A stretch of 64,000 nucleotides of DNA from Calditrichota bacterium (GTDB taxonomy: Bacteria; Electryoneota; AABM5-125-24; Hatepunaeales; Hatepunaeaceae), in contig JABGPL010000011.1 in the NCBI GenBank assembly GCA_018644935.1, positions 482 through 64,481 of the forward strand. Direction: 5' to 3'. The notes beneath the pieces are model-generated. The model did no database searches. It was not told where the DNA came from and worked only from the letters and a program-made list of their open reading frames with translations. The position numbers and the translations under genes are program-made. Positions 29,349 through 39,800 of this stretch are shown here, one piece after another (positions within the stretch are counted from its first letter, which is position 1; every line of letters begins with the position of its first letter).

Positions 29349-29768
29349 AAAATAGAACTGAACATTACTAAGAAGATCATAAAAATATTTTCAGTCTATT
29401 TTTAAAAGGCGCAGGATGTGCATGAAATCTTGTTGTCATTTAAGATGGGATTGATATAAGATGTTTGCATATAACTACGGCTCACAACCCCAGAGCATAT
29501 TCACAAATAGCAATGGAATTCCCTAAAACTCACTCTGTGAATGCTTCAATTAATGTTCAGACGATCTAATTCCATCCATAGTCCTTTCCAAATTTGACAA
29601 AACTCATGTCAACAAATTCATCTGTGTTATATTATTGTTAATTAAGATATAAAAGATGTTTTGATGATTGACAGTAAAAAATCTATTCCATCTTGCTTGC
29701 ATTTTTTATTATTTTGGAGTTTATTAGACAAAGAGAAGTTGCAAATATAATCAAGAAAGGAGGTTTTT

Positions 29769-30371
29769 ATGATTGATGTTTCTACATATCCAAAGAGTCT
29801 AACTTTGCGTGGTGAAACTGAAGTAAGTGTGCAAATAATGCATCCTCGACTGGAGGACAAACTCAGACAGTTTATGGGAAGTATACCTGCAACAGAACGA
29901 GTTCATTTCAGAGATGATGTTTCTGATCCCGAAGTAATCCATCAATGGTCGAATGATATTAATTTGGAAAGAGTTATTCCTCTTCTGGCAATTAATACAG
30001 ATGATGATATTGTAGCAAATTGGACACTTCACCACAGAGAGCATGGGTGGATTCGGCATCACGGTCACATTCGTGGTATTGTAACTCCCAAATGGCGAAA
30101 CAAAGGTCTTGCGACTCTGATGGTTCGTGAATTACTAAGAATTGCCGGTTCTATGGAGATTGAAAGAGTGGTAATTGAGCTTGTAGAACCGCAAATGCAG
30201 CTACTTGAAAGGTATAGAAAGATTGGTTTCAAAATTGATGCAGTTCTTAAAGACTGGGTCAAGGACTTCAGTGGTAGATATAACGATATTCATGTCTTAT
30301 CAACTCAACTTGAACCCGCCTGGCAGAAGATGGAAAATCTTATTTTTGATTATGGCACTCACGGTGGATAG
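29769..30371 (+). CDS. GNAT family N-acetyltransferase
   Basis: AGGAGG RBS; motif A VTPKWRNKGLAT and YRKIGF. Confidence 0.88.
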   Translation: MIDVSTYPKSLTLRGETEVSVQIMHPRLEDKLRQFMGSIPATERVHFRDDVSDPEVIHQWSNDINLERVIPLLAINTDDDIVANWTLHHREHGWIRHHGHIRGIVTPKWRNKGLATLMVRELLRIAGSMEIERVVIELVEPQMQLLERYRKIGFKIDAVLKDWVKDFSGRYNDIHVLSTQLEPAWQKMENLIFDYGTHGG

Positions 30372-30383
30372 AGAATAAATTGT

Positions 30384-30440
30384 TTCAGCTGTCAGCCTTC
30401 AGTAACTGATTTAATCAAATACTGATTGCAGGCAGCTGAA
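30384..30440. other. Long imperfect hairpin downstream of the GNAT gene (terminator or stability element)
   Basis: Nested inverted repeats TTCAGCTGTC/GGCAGCTGAA, TCAGTA/TACTGA, TGAT/ATCA. Confidence 0.4.
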
Positions 30441-30606
30441 TACTAGTTTCAGCAAATTGCATTATTCTCCGCCATTCTTGTTCATCCCTTCACCTACCTG
30501 CTTCACTTACCATACGAAACATTCTAAGCCACGAATTCTCTTGTTGACCCATTGCTTTTTATTGGTCAACTGAATCCAGATACTGGAATTGAGGAGATTT
30601 TTTTGT

Positions 30607-30623
30607 TGTGCAATTATCGCACA
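30607..30623. promoter_or_regulatory. Palindrome TGTGC-N7-GCACA, candidate sigma54 activator site
   Basis: TGTGCAATTATCGCACA with an extra half-site TGTGCA at 30627; 175 bp upstream of a sigma54-like promoter. Confidence 0.4.
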
Positions 30624-30781
30624 TATTGTGCAATATCTTCACTATTTGGGTTCAATTGTTTCCATCTGGAGGAGATTAACAAAGGTTCTGAAGTATAAAT
30701 CTTTAATTATAAATGTAATGTCGTTGATTCCAGTGAGAAGAACTTGACGATAGAATTAAATTGACTCTGAAATTAAAAACT

Positions 30782-30797
30782 CGGCAGGATAATTGCT
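30782..30797 (+). promoter_or_regulatory. Sigma54-like promoter upstream of the C25 gene
   Basis: CGGCAGGATAATTGCT has GGCA and TTGC with GG-N10-GC spacing. Confidence 0.45.
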
Positions 30798-31027
30798 TCA
30801 AGTTTGAAAACATAGGGTTGAATAAAAACTTTCTTGTGATTAGTTATTGCTACCTGCTCTTCAATTATTTATATTTTTGGGTTAGGTAAATTTCCGAACA
30901 TTTTGTTTGGAACAACGTATAACCATAAAACGGTTTTTTTTACTCGAAAAAAAGGATATTTCAGGTGCAAAGCAAAGTTTATTTGCAATTCAGCAAAAGC
31001 CGAAACCAAAAGACATCAGGAGACAAA

Positions 31028-34000
31028 ATGCACAGAAAACAGGCATCCGCGCTTTTAATCATGTTACTTACTGCATTGTTCATTACCGGAGCAACAGCTA
31101 AGAGTTTTAATGAACGATCGGAATCCTGGCTTGAGGTTACTGATAATGGCCAATCTGGAATTTCGATTAATATTGATTTTACGACAGATGAGATTAATCA
31201 AATTGGTTCTATTCCAGATTATTCTACACTGACTCAAACAGATAGTGGGATTGAAATCCCCATGATTTCTCGATTAATAGCTTTGCCCCCCGGACATCGC
31301 GCAGAGGTGAGGGTTATTAACCGACAAAGCACTCTTCATAAGGCTGGAGACACAAGAGCAAATCTTACTGGAACAGGAATCAGTAAACAGGATTTATCAA
31401 GCTTGCGTTTGGATCCACCTATGCCAGTTATAGCTGGATCAGTTGGATCGGTTAGAGGTGTTTCTGTTACCTCCGTTTCGTTTTATCCATATCAATATAA
31501 CGAGGAGAAAGATGAGATTATTGAAAATATATCTTTTGAAGCAGAAGTAACTTTTGTGCGGGATAATAATATACAGGTTACGCGTCCTGTTCGAGATCTT
31601 CCCGGAAGTGACATGTCACGAATGCTGGATAGAATTTTGCTGAATAAGCCTCATCGGGACCCTTATTCCGAGGTTCAAGCTGATCACCGCGGTCGAATTT
31701 TGATTCTTCATCAGGATAATGATGATTTTGGTGAGAACGAACAACTATGGGTAGATAGCCTTGCCAATTGGAAAAGGCAAATGGGGTATTCCGTCGAAAT
31801 TCTAGCTGTAAATGTAAATGTACAGGAAGGCGGACTTACAGGCCTCGAGGTTCGAAATCAGATCGTTAGAGAACGTTATATAAACCAAGAAGATCCTTTA
31901 TCATATCTCATAATTATTGGTGCAGATTCGGTTCAGCAGAGACTCTGGTTTCCGACTGTCACTGATGATGTTTCAGGAGATCATCTTTATTCAGTGATGG
32001 TTGAAGATAACGAAGATGATATATACTTATCAGACATTGCCGTTGGACGCTTCCATTGTTATGATTTCAGTGAACTTAGAGGAGCAATTCTTCGCAGTAT
32101 TCTGTACGAACGAGAACCTTATTTAGACCGTGGAGATGAATGGTTTACTAGTGCCCTCGTACACGCAGAGAATATTGCTGTTCCGGGTGGAGGATTTGTA
32201 CCCTCAATGATTCATCTTGGTCGGTGGGAATTTGTAAAGTTGACCCGAGCCGGATATTCTGTAGACACTTTATGGGTTCCTGATGAGGATATTGATGCTG
32301 ATGATGAGACAAGAAGACTTTTAGAAGATGGCAGAAGTTTTGTTTCGAGTCGAGGTTGGTTAGAAGCCTGTTTCGATGTTACCGGGGATGATCCTATTCT
32401 TGCATTCGTTGGCAGGAAGAATCCGTTTGTATTGGCGATTACTTGCTTATCCACGCCCACACAATCCAGATTTTTCCGTTCCGCAACACAAAACACTATT
32501 AACGGATCAATCAATGCCATCTCCCTTGATAACCTTTCGCATTCAAAAGTTAATAACAGTTTCATTGGTGGAGCTTTGAGGAGCTTTGTAGATTTCGGGT
32601 TGCTCAATGCCGGGTCAATCCTAAACCTTGGAAAGTTTCAACTTTGGTCAGATAATAGATATGAGCTGGCAGGATGGGCATTAGAGAATGTCGCAATAAC
32701 CCGGCTAATGGGTGATCCAACAACCAAACTTTTCACAAAAGTTCCGGTCGAACTGACCGCTCATTATACAGATGCTCTGACTCTCGGAAGTAGGGGCTTC
32801 AGTGTGTATGTCGAAGCCGCCGGTGAAATTGTGCCCGGTGCCTGGGTGACGATCTGGCAGGAAGATAGGTTACATTTAGTCTGTCAACCTGGAGAGGATG
32901 GATGGGCGAGATTTACTTTCCAAGATGGTGATCTTGATGAAGGTGATTTAAGAATCACAATTAATCATGATAATTCGATTCCATATATTTCCTCAGTTGA
33001 AGTTGCTCAAGCCGAGGAGATGGTTGATATTGCAGGTATAGATTTTGAAGGTGATGATATCTTTGCAAACGGTGAGAATATTCAAACATCAATTACTTTT
33101 GCAAATAGTGGCAATGTCGACTTGAATGACGTAACTATTGAAGTGATTTCTGAAGATCCACTTGTTACCTTCAGTGACGATAGTTTCCAGATTGATGCTT
33201 TTAACAGTGGTGCCGAGAGCGATATTCAATTTGACTTGCAGATACATCCCGCAAGTCATGGCGGAAGATCGGTTAGAGTTCAGATAGATGTTTCAAGTGG
33301 TGAATCCACCTGGGAGCATTCATTTGCTTTTGAAACATCTGGGCATGTACTGACAGAACTTGGATTGGCCGTTGGTAATGATTTCCAACCGGGGGAGGTC
33401 GCCCAGTTGCTACCGACCATTTTGAATTCTGGAGATCTTGCAACGCCCGAAGTAACTGCAACGTTGGTTTGCATAGATGATGATTACATAACGGTTACAG
33501 AAAATGTTGTCAGGTATGAACCTATTGGTGGTGGTAGAGAAATGGAACCAGAGGGTCGTCTTGAAGTGGTAGTTGATGAATTGGCGATACCCGGCAATAA
33601 TGTACGATTTATGTTGCTCCTTGATGCAGTAGAAGAGGACAATGCATTTGTAGACACTTTATTTTTCAATGAAATAATGGGACCCCTTCCGGAAACACCA
33701 GATCCCTTCGGACCCGATAGTTATGGCTATATTGCTTTTGACTCCGGGGATGTAAGTTGGGAGAAGTGTCCAGAGTATGATTGGGTTGAGATCAATCCAT
33801 CCGAAGAAGAGGACTTTGTGGGTGAAGATTTAAGACTATTAGATCGATGGGATAGCCAGGATACATCAGTAACAGTAGATTTACCATTCAGTTTCAGGTT
33901 TTACGGTGAAGAGTTTGATGCCATAGCCGTAAATTCAAATGGATGGATAGCATTTGGAGATGACAAATCGATGTTTGTTGACGCAAGAAATCAGCAAATT

Positions 34001-36067
34001 CCAGGCATTCAGGGACCGGATGCTATGATCGCAGGTTTCTGGCAAGATATGATTAATCTTGACCCCGAGACTCGAGGTGTTTACACATTTTATGATGATG
34101 AGTCCGATCGTTTTATCATCGAATGGTCAAAAATGAAATTGTGGAGGGACAATACTGATCAAGATCAAAATGTGATTGAATTCCAAATTATTCTTTATGA
34201 TCCAGCGGCTTTTCCAACCTCAACTGGTAACGGAGAAATTTTAGTACAGTACAAGAGCATTTATACATTTGGCGGAGATCAATGGGATAACTATTTCCAT
34301 ACGACTGGCTTAAAAAATCTCGATGGGTCAGACGGACTGGAGTATTGTTATTGGGATCATTATCCACGTGCAAATGCACATGTTGAAGATGAGATGGCGA
34401 TTCTCTTCACCACCGACAGAATTGCAGTATTCGGTGGTATGAATGGAAGAGTTACTCTGCACGAGGATGAAGAGGAAGGAATTGAGGGTGTTACTGTGCA
34501 ATCTGTGCGTACCGGTGCTCGTACAGAAACAATGGAGGATGGAAGGTATGAATTCGACCTGATTCCAGCAGGCAGAGATGAAATAGTATTTTCAAAACCA
34601 GGTTTTAATACCAATTCTGTCATAGTTGACATCAATCAAGATGAAGTATTGGTATTGAATGCTTCTCTCACACACCCTGAAATTATTGCCTCCTCTGAAC
34701 CCGTTAACATCGAGGTTATGGAAGAGGAAGTTTCATTGGTCAATTTTGAAATTCAGAACAATGGAAACGGTCCTCTGGATTATTATTTTTCAAGACGTTT
34801 CTCTGATGGTTCCCAAACTATGTTTGCCTCTCAAGGTGAAGAGGATATTTCTTCACTGACTGAAGAAGATAGAAATATTCGGGGATGTGAATTTATCGGC
34901 GACAAAGTATACATTACGGGTGGTGGCGCGGGAAGAGACTTTGGAAATGAGTTTGTATATGTTTTTAACCATGATTTTAACAATGAATTAGTCCTTCAAA
35001 GTTCTTTCAGCCAATCCAGTGTTACCAGGAGTGGTTTCATGGATTTAGCTTTCGATGGTGAATTCTTGTACGGGGCTGAAAAGAGAAATGCAGAAGACTT
35101 TCCAGCTGTCATCGTCAAGTTTGATCTTGATGGGGAGGTACATAATACATTTTCATTGCCTTTGGAAAGAGCGGATGCTCCAACCCCGTGGGCATTAGCC
35201 TGGAATCCAATTGACGAGCAGTTGATTGTTGCAGGTGATGAGAGTGATGCATTTGTTCTTGACATAGAAGGAAACCTTGTCTCGAGGCATGAATTGAGTA
35301 TACCAGGTGACGTTCTTAGAATCCGAGGAGCTGCCTGGAATCCATTGGATGAAGACAATATGCCTTTATACTTGCTCGATACGAATGTCGGAGCCAGATT
35401 ACTTAAAGCCAGCCTGGAAACCGGTGAGATTAGAGAAGTTGCTGTTCTCAGAGAGGACGAAAGGGAAATCGGTGGATTGACGATTGGTTACGATTGGGAC
35501 CGTTCAATGATAAGTTTAGGGATGATCGCAGGGGGAGTTGATAATGATTCAATTGATTACCTTGAAGTATTTGAACTCGGACCAAATACTCGCTTCCTTG
35601 AAATTTCTCCTGACATGGGGCAGATAGCTGCAGGGGAAAGTGCTAATCCAGAGCTGATTTTCAACGCTCAGGATATCCTTGCTGATACATACTCGTTTGG
35701 ATTGGCGATTGAGCATAATGCAGCCGGTGAGGAAGTATTCATTGAGGTATCAGTAGTTGTTACGCCTGTAAGTGTTTCTGATCATGGAAATGGTGAAATA
35801 CCACTTGAGTTTGCCTTAAATGCATCATATCCAAATCCTTTTAATTCAACCACGAGAATCGATTTTTCTTTGGCCGAGACTGCACCAACACGATTAGCAG
35901 TTTATGATTTGACCGGTCGATTAGTTTCGAATCTGATTCAAGAAAAATTGGAACCGGGTAAATACTCGGTTAATTTCAGCCCAGAAACAATGGCTTCCGG
36001 AATATATTTTTATAGGTTAAAATCCGGCCAGAACAGTTCAGTGAAACGAATGGTTTATCTGCGTTAA
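31028..36067 (+). CDS. Large secreted gingipain-like (C25) protein: propeptide, C25 domain, Ig-like and carboxypeptidase-regulatory-like domains, propeller-like region, C-terminal sorting domain
   Basis: AGGAG then ATG 31028 with a signal peptide. C25 motifs WKRQMGY, YLIIIG, DHLY, DIAVGRF, YEREP, LMGDP; GPDSYGY; C-terminal SYPNPFNSTTRI...KRMVYLR. Confidence 0.85.
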   Translation: MHRKQASALLIMLLTALFITGATAKSFNERSESWLEVTDNGQSGISINIDFTTDEINQIGSIPDYSTLTQTDSGIEIPMISRLIALPPGHRAEVRVINRQSTLHKAGDTRANLTGTGISKQDLSSLRLDPPMPVIAGSVGSVRGVSVTSVSFYPYQYNEEKDEIIENISFEAEVTFVRDNNIQVTRPVRDLPGSDMSRMLDRILLNKPHRDPYSEVQADHRGRILILHQDNDDFGENEQLWVDSLANWKRQMGYSVEILAVNVNVQEGGLTGLEVRNQIVRERYINQEDPLSYLIIIGADSVQQRLWFPTVTDDVSGDHLYSVMVEDNEDDIYLSDIAVGRFHCYDFSELRGAILRSILYEREPYLDRGDEWFTSALVHAENIAVPGGGFVPSMIHLGRWEFVKLTRAGYSVDTLWVPDEDIDADDETRRLLEDGRSFVSSRGWLEACFDVTGDDPILAFVGRKNPFVLAITCLSTPTQSRFFRSATQNTINGSINAISLDNLSHSKVNNSFIGGALRSFVDFGLLNAGSILNLGKFQLWSDNRYELAGWALENVAITRLMGDPTTKLFTKVPVELTAHYTDALTLGSRGFSVYVEAAGEIVPGAWVTIWQEDRLHLVCQPGEDGWARFTFQDGDLDEGDLRITINHDNSIPYISSVEVAQAEEMVDIAGIDFEGDDIFANGENIQTSITFANSGNVDLNDVTIEVISEDPLVTFSDDSFQIDAFNSGAESDIQFDLQIHPASHGGRSVRVQIDVSSGESTWEHSFAFETSGHVLTELGLAVGNDFQPGEVAQLLPTILNSGDLATPEVTATLVCIDDDYITVTENVVRYEPIGGGREMEPEGRLEVVVDELAIPGNNVRFMLLLDAVEEDNAFVDTLFFNEIMGPLPETPDPFGPDSYGYIAFDSGDVSWEKCPEYDWVEINPSEEEDFVGEDLRLLDRWDSQDTSVTVDLPFSFRFYGEEFDAIAVNSNGWIAFGDDKSMFVDARNQQIPGIQGPDAMIAGFWQDMINLDPETRGVYTFYDDESDRFIIEWSKMKLWRDNTDQDQNVIEFQIILYDPAAFPTSTGNGEILVQYKSIYTFGGDQWDNYFHTTGLKNLDGSDGLEYCYWDHYPRANAHVEDEMAILFTTDRIAVFGGMNGRVTLHEDEEEGIEGVTVQSVRTGARTETMEDGRYEFDLIPAGRDEIVFSKPGFNTNSVIVDINQDEVLVLNASLTHPEIIASSEPVNIEVMEEEVSLVNFEIQNNGNGPLDYYFSRRFSDGSQTMFASQGEEDISSLTEEDRNIRGCEFIGDKVYITGGGAGRDFGNEFVYVFNHDFNNELVLQSSFSQSSVTRSGFMDLAFDGEFLYGAEKRNAEDFPAVIVKFDLDGEVHNTFSLPLERADAPTPWALAWNPIDEQLIVAGDESDAFVLDIEGNLVSRHELSIPGDVLRIRGAAWNPLDEDNMPLYLLDTNVGARLLKASLETGEIREVAVLREDEREIGGLTIGYDWDRSMISLGMIAGGVDNDSIDYLEVFELGPNTRFLEISPDMGQIAAGESANPELIFNAQDILADTYSFGLAIEHNAAGEEVFIEVSVVVTPVSVSDHGNGEIPLEFALNASYPNPFNSTTRIDFSLAETAPTRLAVYDLTGRLVSNLIQEKLEPGKYSVNFSPETMASGIYFYRLKSGQNSSVKRMVYLR

Positions 36068-36091
36068 CATTGGTTTTAACAATTTTCTTTG

Positions 36092-36127
36092 AAGACCCCG
36101 GCCGTTTTCCAGCCGGGGTTTTTTTTA
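36092..36127 (+). terminator. Rho-independent terminator
   Basis: AAGACCCCGGC-cgttttcca-GCCGGGGTTTTTTTTT. Confidence 0.85.
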
Positions 36128-36863
36128 TGCTTTTCTGATGATCTATAAAAAGTATATGCAAAAGATGTGGTTTGTATATTTGTAATATATTGTTAATAAA
36201 ATAAATAACTACTAATAAAACTTGTAGAAACCAGTGTAACTATTTGTATGTTGATTGATACTGGAAATGGAGCCGATATCAGAATTGTTATCAATAAAAT
36301 ATGTTTACACGTAATTATTTTACAATTAAAGCTTTAGAAGTAAATGATGCATATCTGAATCGAATTGATAAAATTCAGTTGTGCTACAATATCAATTGCT
36401 ATATTACATTTAGGGTTCAGAATAGACAAAATCTGTTTAGTACTTTGAAAAAAAATGAATTATTTTGATAAATTTTGACATGGTTACTTTTATAGATCAC
36501 AATAATGTCTTACTTTGCAAAATCCGTATAAGGAGTAGACTATCCTTGACGACAATTTCTAAACGCGAACAAAACTACAGATTGGGAAAAATGACTGATT
36601 TCGTTGGAATAATCATAACTTTTAGTATTAGTGTCTTTTTCTTGGTTGTTTTTTCAGCACAGCGTTTATATATTAAATTGCTCGATTTTCTGCGGGCAGG
36701 AGTGACAATGCTCTGCCATCTAAAAACTTTACCATACCTCCCCGCAAATTGCCGGTCTGTAAGCCATAGGCTGACAGTTTTAAGTTTAAATACCGTTGAT
36801 TTACATCAATTTATGGTACCTTTTGTAGATAACTCTTTCAACAAAACTAAGAAGGTGTGCCAA

Positions 36864-39800
36864 ATGGAACGTTCCGCGATCGTTTCCGTTGTGCTAATGT
36901 TTGCGCTGCTTTTAGCAGCCGGACCAGTTTTTGCTCAACATTTTGTTTTAGACCCGACCAATGGGGATACACATACACTTTTTGTGGCCTCAGCCACAAT
37001 TGCAGGTGATGACCTCATAGAGAATGATGAAATTGGAGTATTCACCACCGCAGGGACCGTAAGAGGTCTGGCAGTGGTTGAAGAGAATGGGGCTATCCCC
37101 GAAATCACTGTTTTTGGTCAGGGTGACGAAGATGGTGGTTTTACCGATGGTGAAATCATGGCATTCAAGATCTGGGATGCCTCAGCCGAAGAAGAGATGA
37201 CGGCATTTGTTTCCGGAGGTGCGATTATTACCTTTACCGCAAATGATGCTGACGCTATCTCTTTGGAAGTTCTTGATCAGCACTTTCAATATCAAACCAC
37301 CGATGCAGAACACTTTCTGATTGTCTCTTTGGCTGATATTGATGGAACTTCAATTGCTATCGGCGACGAGATCGGTGTATTTACACCTGATAACGTTTGC
37401 GCAGGTGGTTACGTCATCACAGAATTAGATGGTGGCGATTTATTCCCTGCTGGTTTTAGCGCTTATGGTGGTCCAACGGGATTCTCGGTCGGTGAAGCAC
37501 TTTCGTTCAGATTATATGATTCGAGCGAGGATACAGAGCATAATGCCAACGCGGACTGGGCGAGCTTCGATGCTCAGACCTTCCTGCCGGATAGAGTATC
37601 ACCTATTTCTCGACTGTTTGCTTATACAAACCCAATACCAGCAATTCGGTTTTCAAATGCTTCTCTTGACTTTGGGGATGTCTACTTGCTTGATGGTGAA
37701 AGTTCCAGCATCAACTTGACAATCCTGAACAATGGGTTTGACGATTTGACGGTGAACTCTATTTCGAGCAATAATAATGCATTTACATTCGACTTTGATG
37801 ACAATGCATTTGTCCTCGCACCGGGTGCGAGACGGGTATTTAACATTACCTTCGTTCCCCCCGAGGCTGGAAATATCGAAGGTGTGTTAACAATCGATAG
37901 TGATGATCCAAATGATGAAGAAGTTACTATCAACATGGAAGGTGTTGGTGTCGTGGCTGAACCTGCAACTCTTGAACTTGAGTCTGATTCAAATGATTTT
38001 GGGAGTTTGAATGTTGGCAGCGAGTCAACCTGGAACATGCACATAACCAACACTGGATATTACAATTTGATTGTTAACAGCATCGTTTCCAACGAAGATG
38101 CCTACGAAACAAATTTTGGTGGTGAACCCCAGGTTATTGCTGGAGGTGCTAGTTTGGACGTTACTGTAACGTTTGCACCTACTCTTCGCGGACAGCAACC
38201 TGCTACATTGACCATAACGAGTAATCATGGTGGAAATTTAGGTGTTGAAACGGTGGTTAACGTAACTGGTTATGGTAATGCGCCAGATATTGCACTGGAT
38301 TCTGCAGCCGTCCGATTTGGTGGTGTAATCATTGATGAAGAAGGAACTGCCGTAGTTACAATCACCAACGTTGGTGAACTGAATCTGACAATTCAAGACG
38401 TTACAATACCTGGTGATATATTCAGCTCAGATTGGGCTGGTCAACTGGTACTTGCTCAGAACGCGGAAGTCGAGGTGACATTAACATTTGCTCCGACTGC
38501 TGAACAAGATTATCAAGAAACCATGACGATTACATCAAACGATCCGGGTAACGGTTCGCTCGAGATTCCATTAACAGGTACCGGTGATCCTTATCCACCA
38601 GCCGATCTTTCAATTGCTGTTGGTGACCAGAACCACAATTTCGGTGAAACGACCGTTAATTCTGATGCAGAATGGGTTTTCCCAATTACAAATAATGGTT
38701 ATCTTGACCTGGTAATCAGCAATATAACTTCTGATGAAAACACATTCACTACCGATTTTCCTGGTGGAGATGGATGGACAATTGCAAGAGGCCAATCTCA
38801 GAATGTGACAGTGACTTTTGCGCCAACTGAAGTTGGAGATCGGAACGGCACATTAACAATTACTTCAAACGATCAGGGACAAGATGGATCGACTGATGAA
38901 GTGACAGTTGCTGGTACTGGTGTTGCCGAACAATTACCTCAGATTTCTACAAATCCGAATAATGTTGCATTCCCGGATAAAATTATTGGGGAGAGTACGA
39001 CCGAGATTGTCACAATCTCAAATATTGGTCAATTAGAATTGACCGTCTCAAACGTTGCAATCGTGAATGACGCCGGCGGCGTTTTTGGCGTTTTGTACGA
39101 AGGTAATGCCTGGGACGGAAATGTAGTGATTCAACCCGCTGCATCTATTCAGGTTTCAGTATCTTTCTCGCCTGATGCAGTTCAAGATTTCACAGGTGAT
39201 CTGAGAATAACTTCTGATGACAGGGATGATGGAACTATTGATGTCGAACTAACGGGTACCGGTCTTGTACAGCCTCCCCCAGACATTTTCGTAGCCCAGG
39301 GAGATTTATCCCATAACTATGGAAATGTACTATTCGGAACACAGACAACATGGCAGTTTGATATTACGAACAATGGTTATCTTGATCTTGTTGTTGACAG
39401 CATTTTAACAAGTCTCGGAGTGTACACAACAAATCTATCGGAAGATGGTGTAACCCTAGCGGGAGGTGAGTCCACAACAATCACTGCTACATTTGCACCT
39501 GTCGCGGGTGTGGAATATAATGGTACTCTCACAATATATTCAAACGATGACAATGATAATGAGAGTCCAATTCGCATCACAGTAACTGGTGTCGGTCTTG
39601 CGCCGAGAATCACAGTTGCCCCTGAAAATGTCGCATTTGGTGATGTTGTTGCAGGAAATTCCGAAACAAGTAGCATTCGGATAAGCAACCCAGGTAGTTC
39701 TGCCTTAACAGTCACTGAAATTCAGTTTAACAATAATGTCTTCAGTGGTGATCTTGGTGGTCAGCAGGTTATTGCCGTTGGTCAATTTATTGACCTCGAA

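Noticed and set aside
797-36161. Short overlapping or antisense ORFs within the annotated genes (e.g. 797-1165, 3146-3445, 14670-14948, 25001-25333)
   Set aside because: They overlap well-supported genes and show no motifs of their own.
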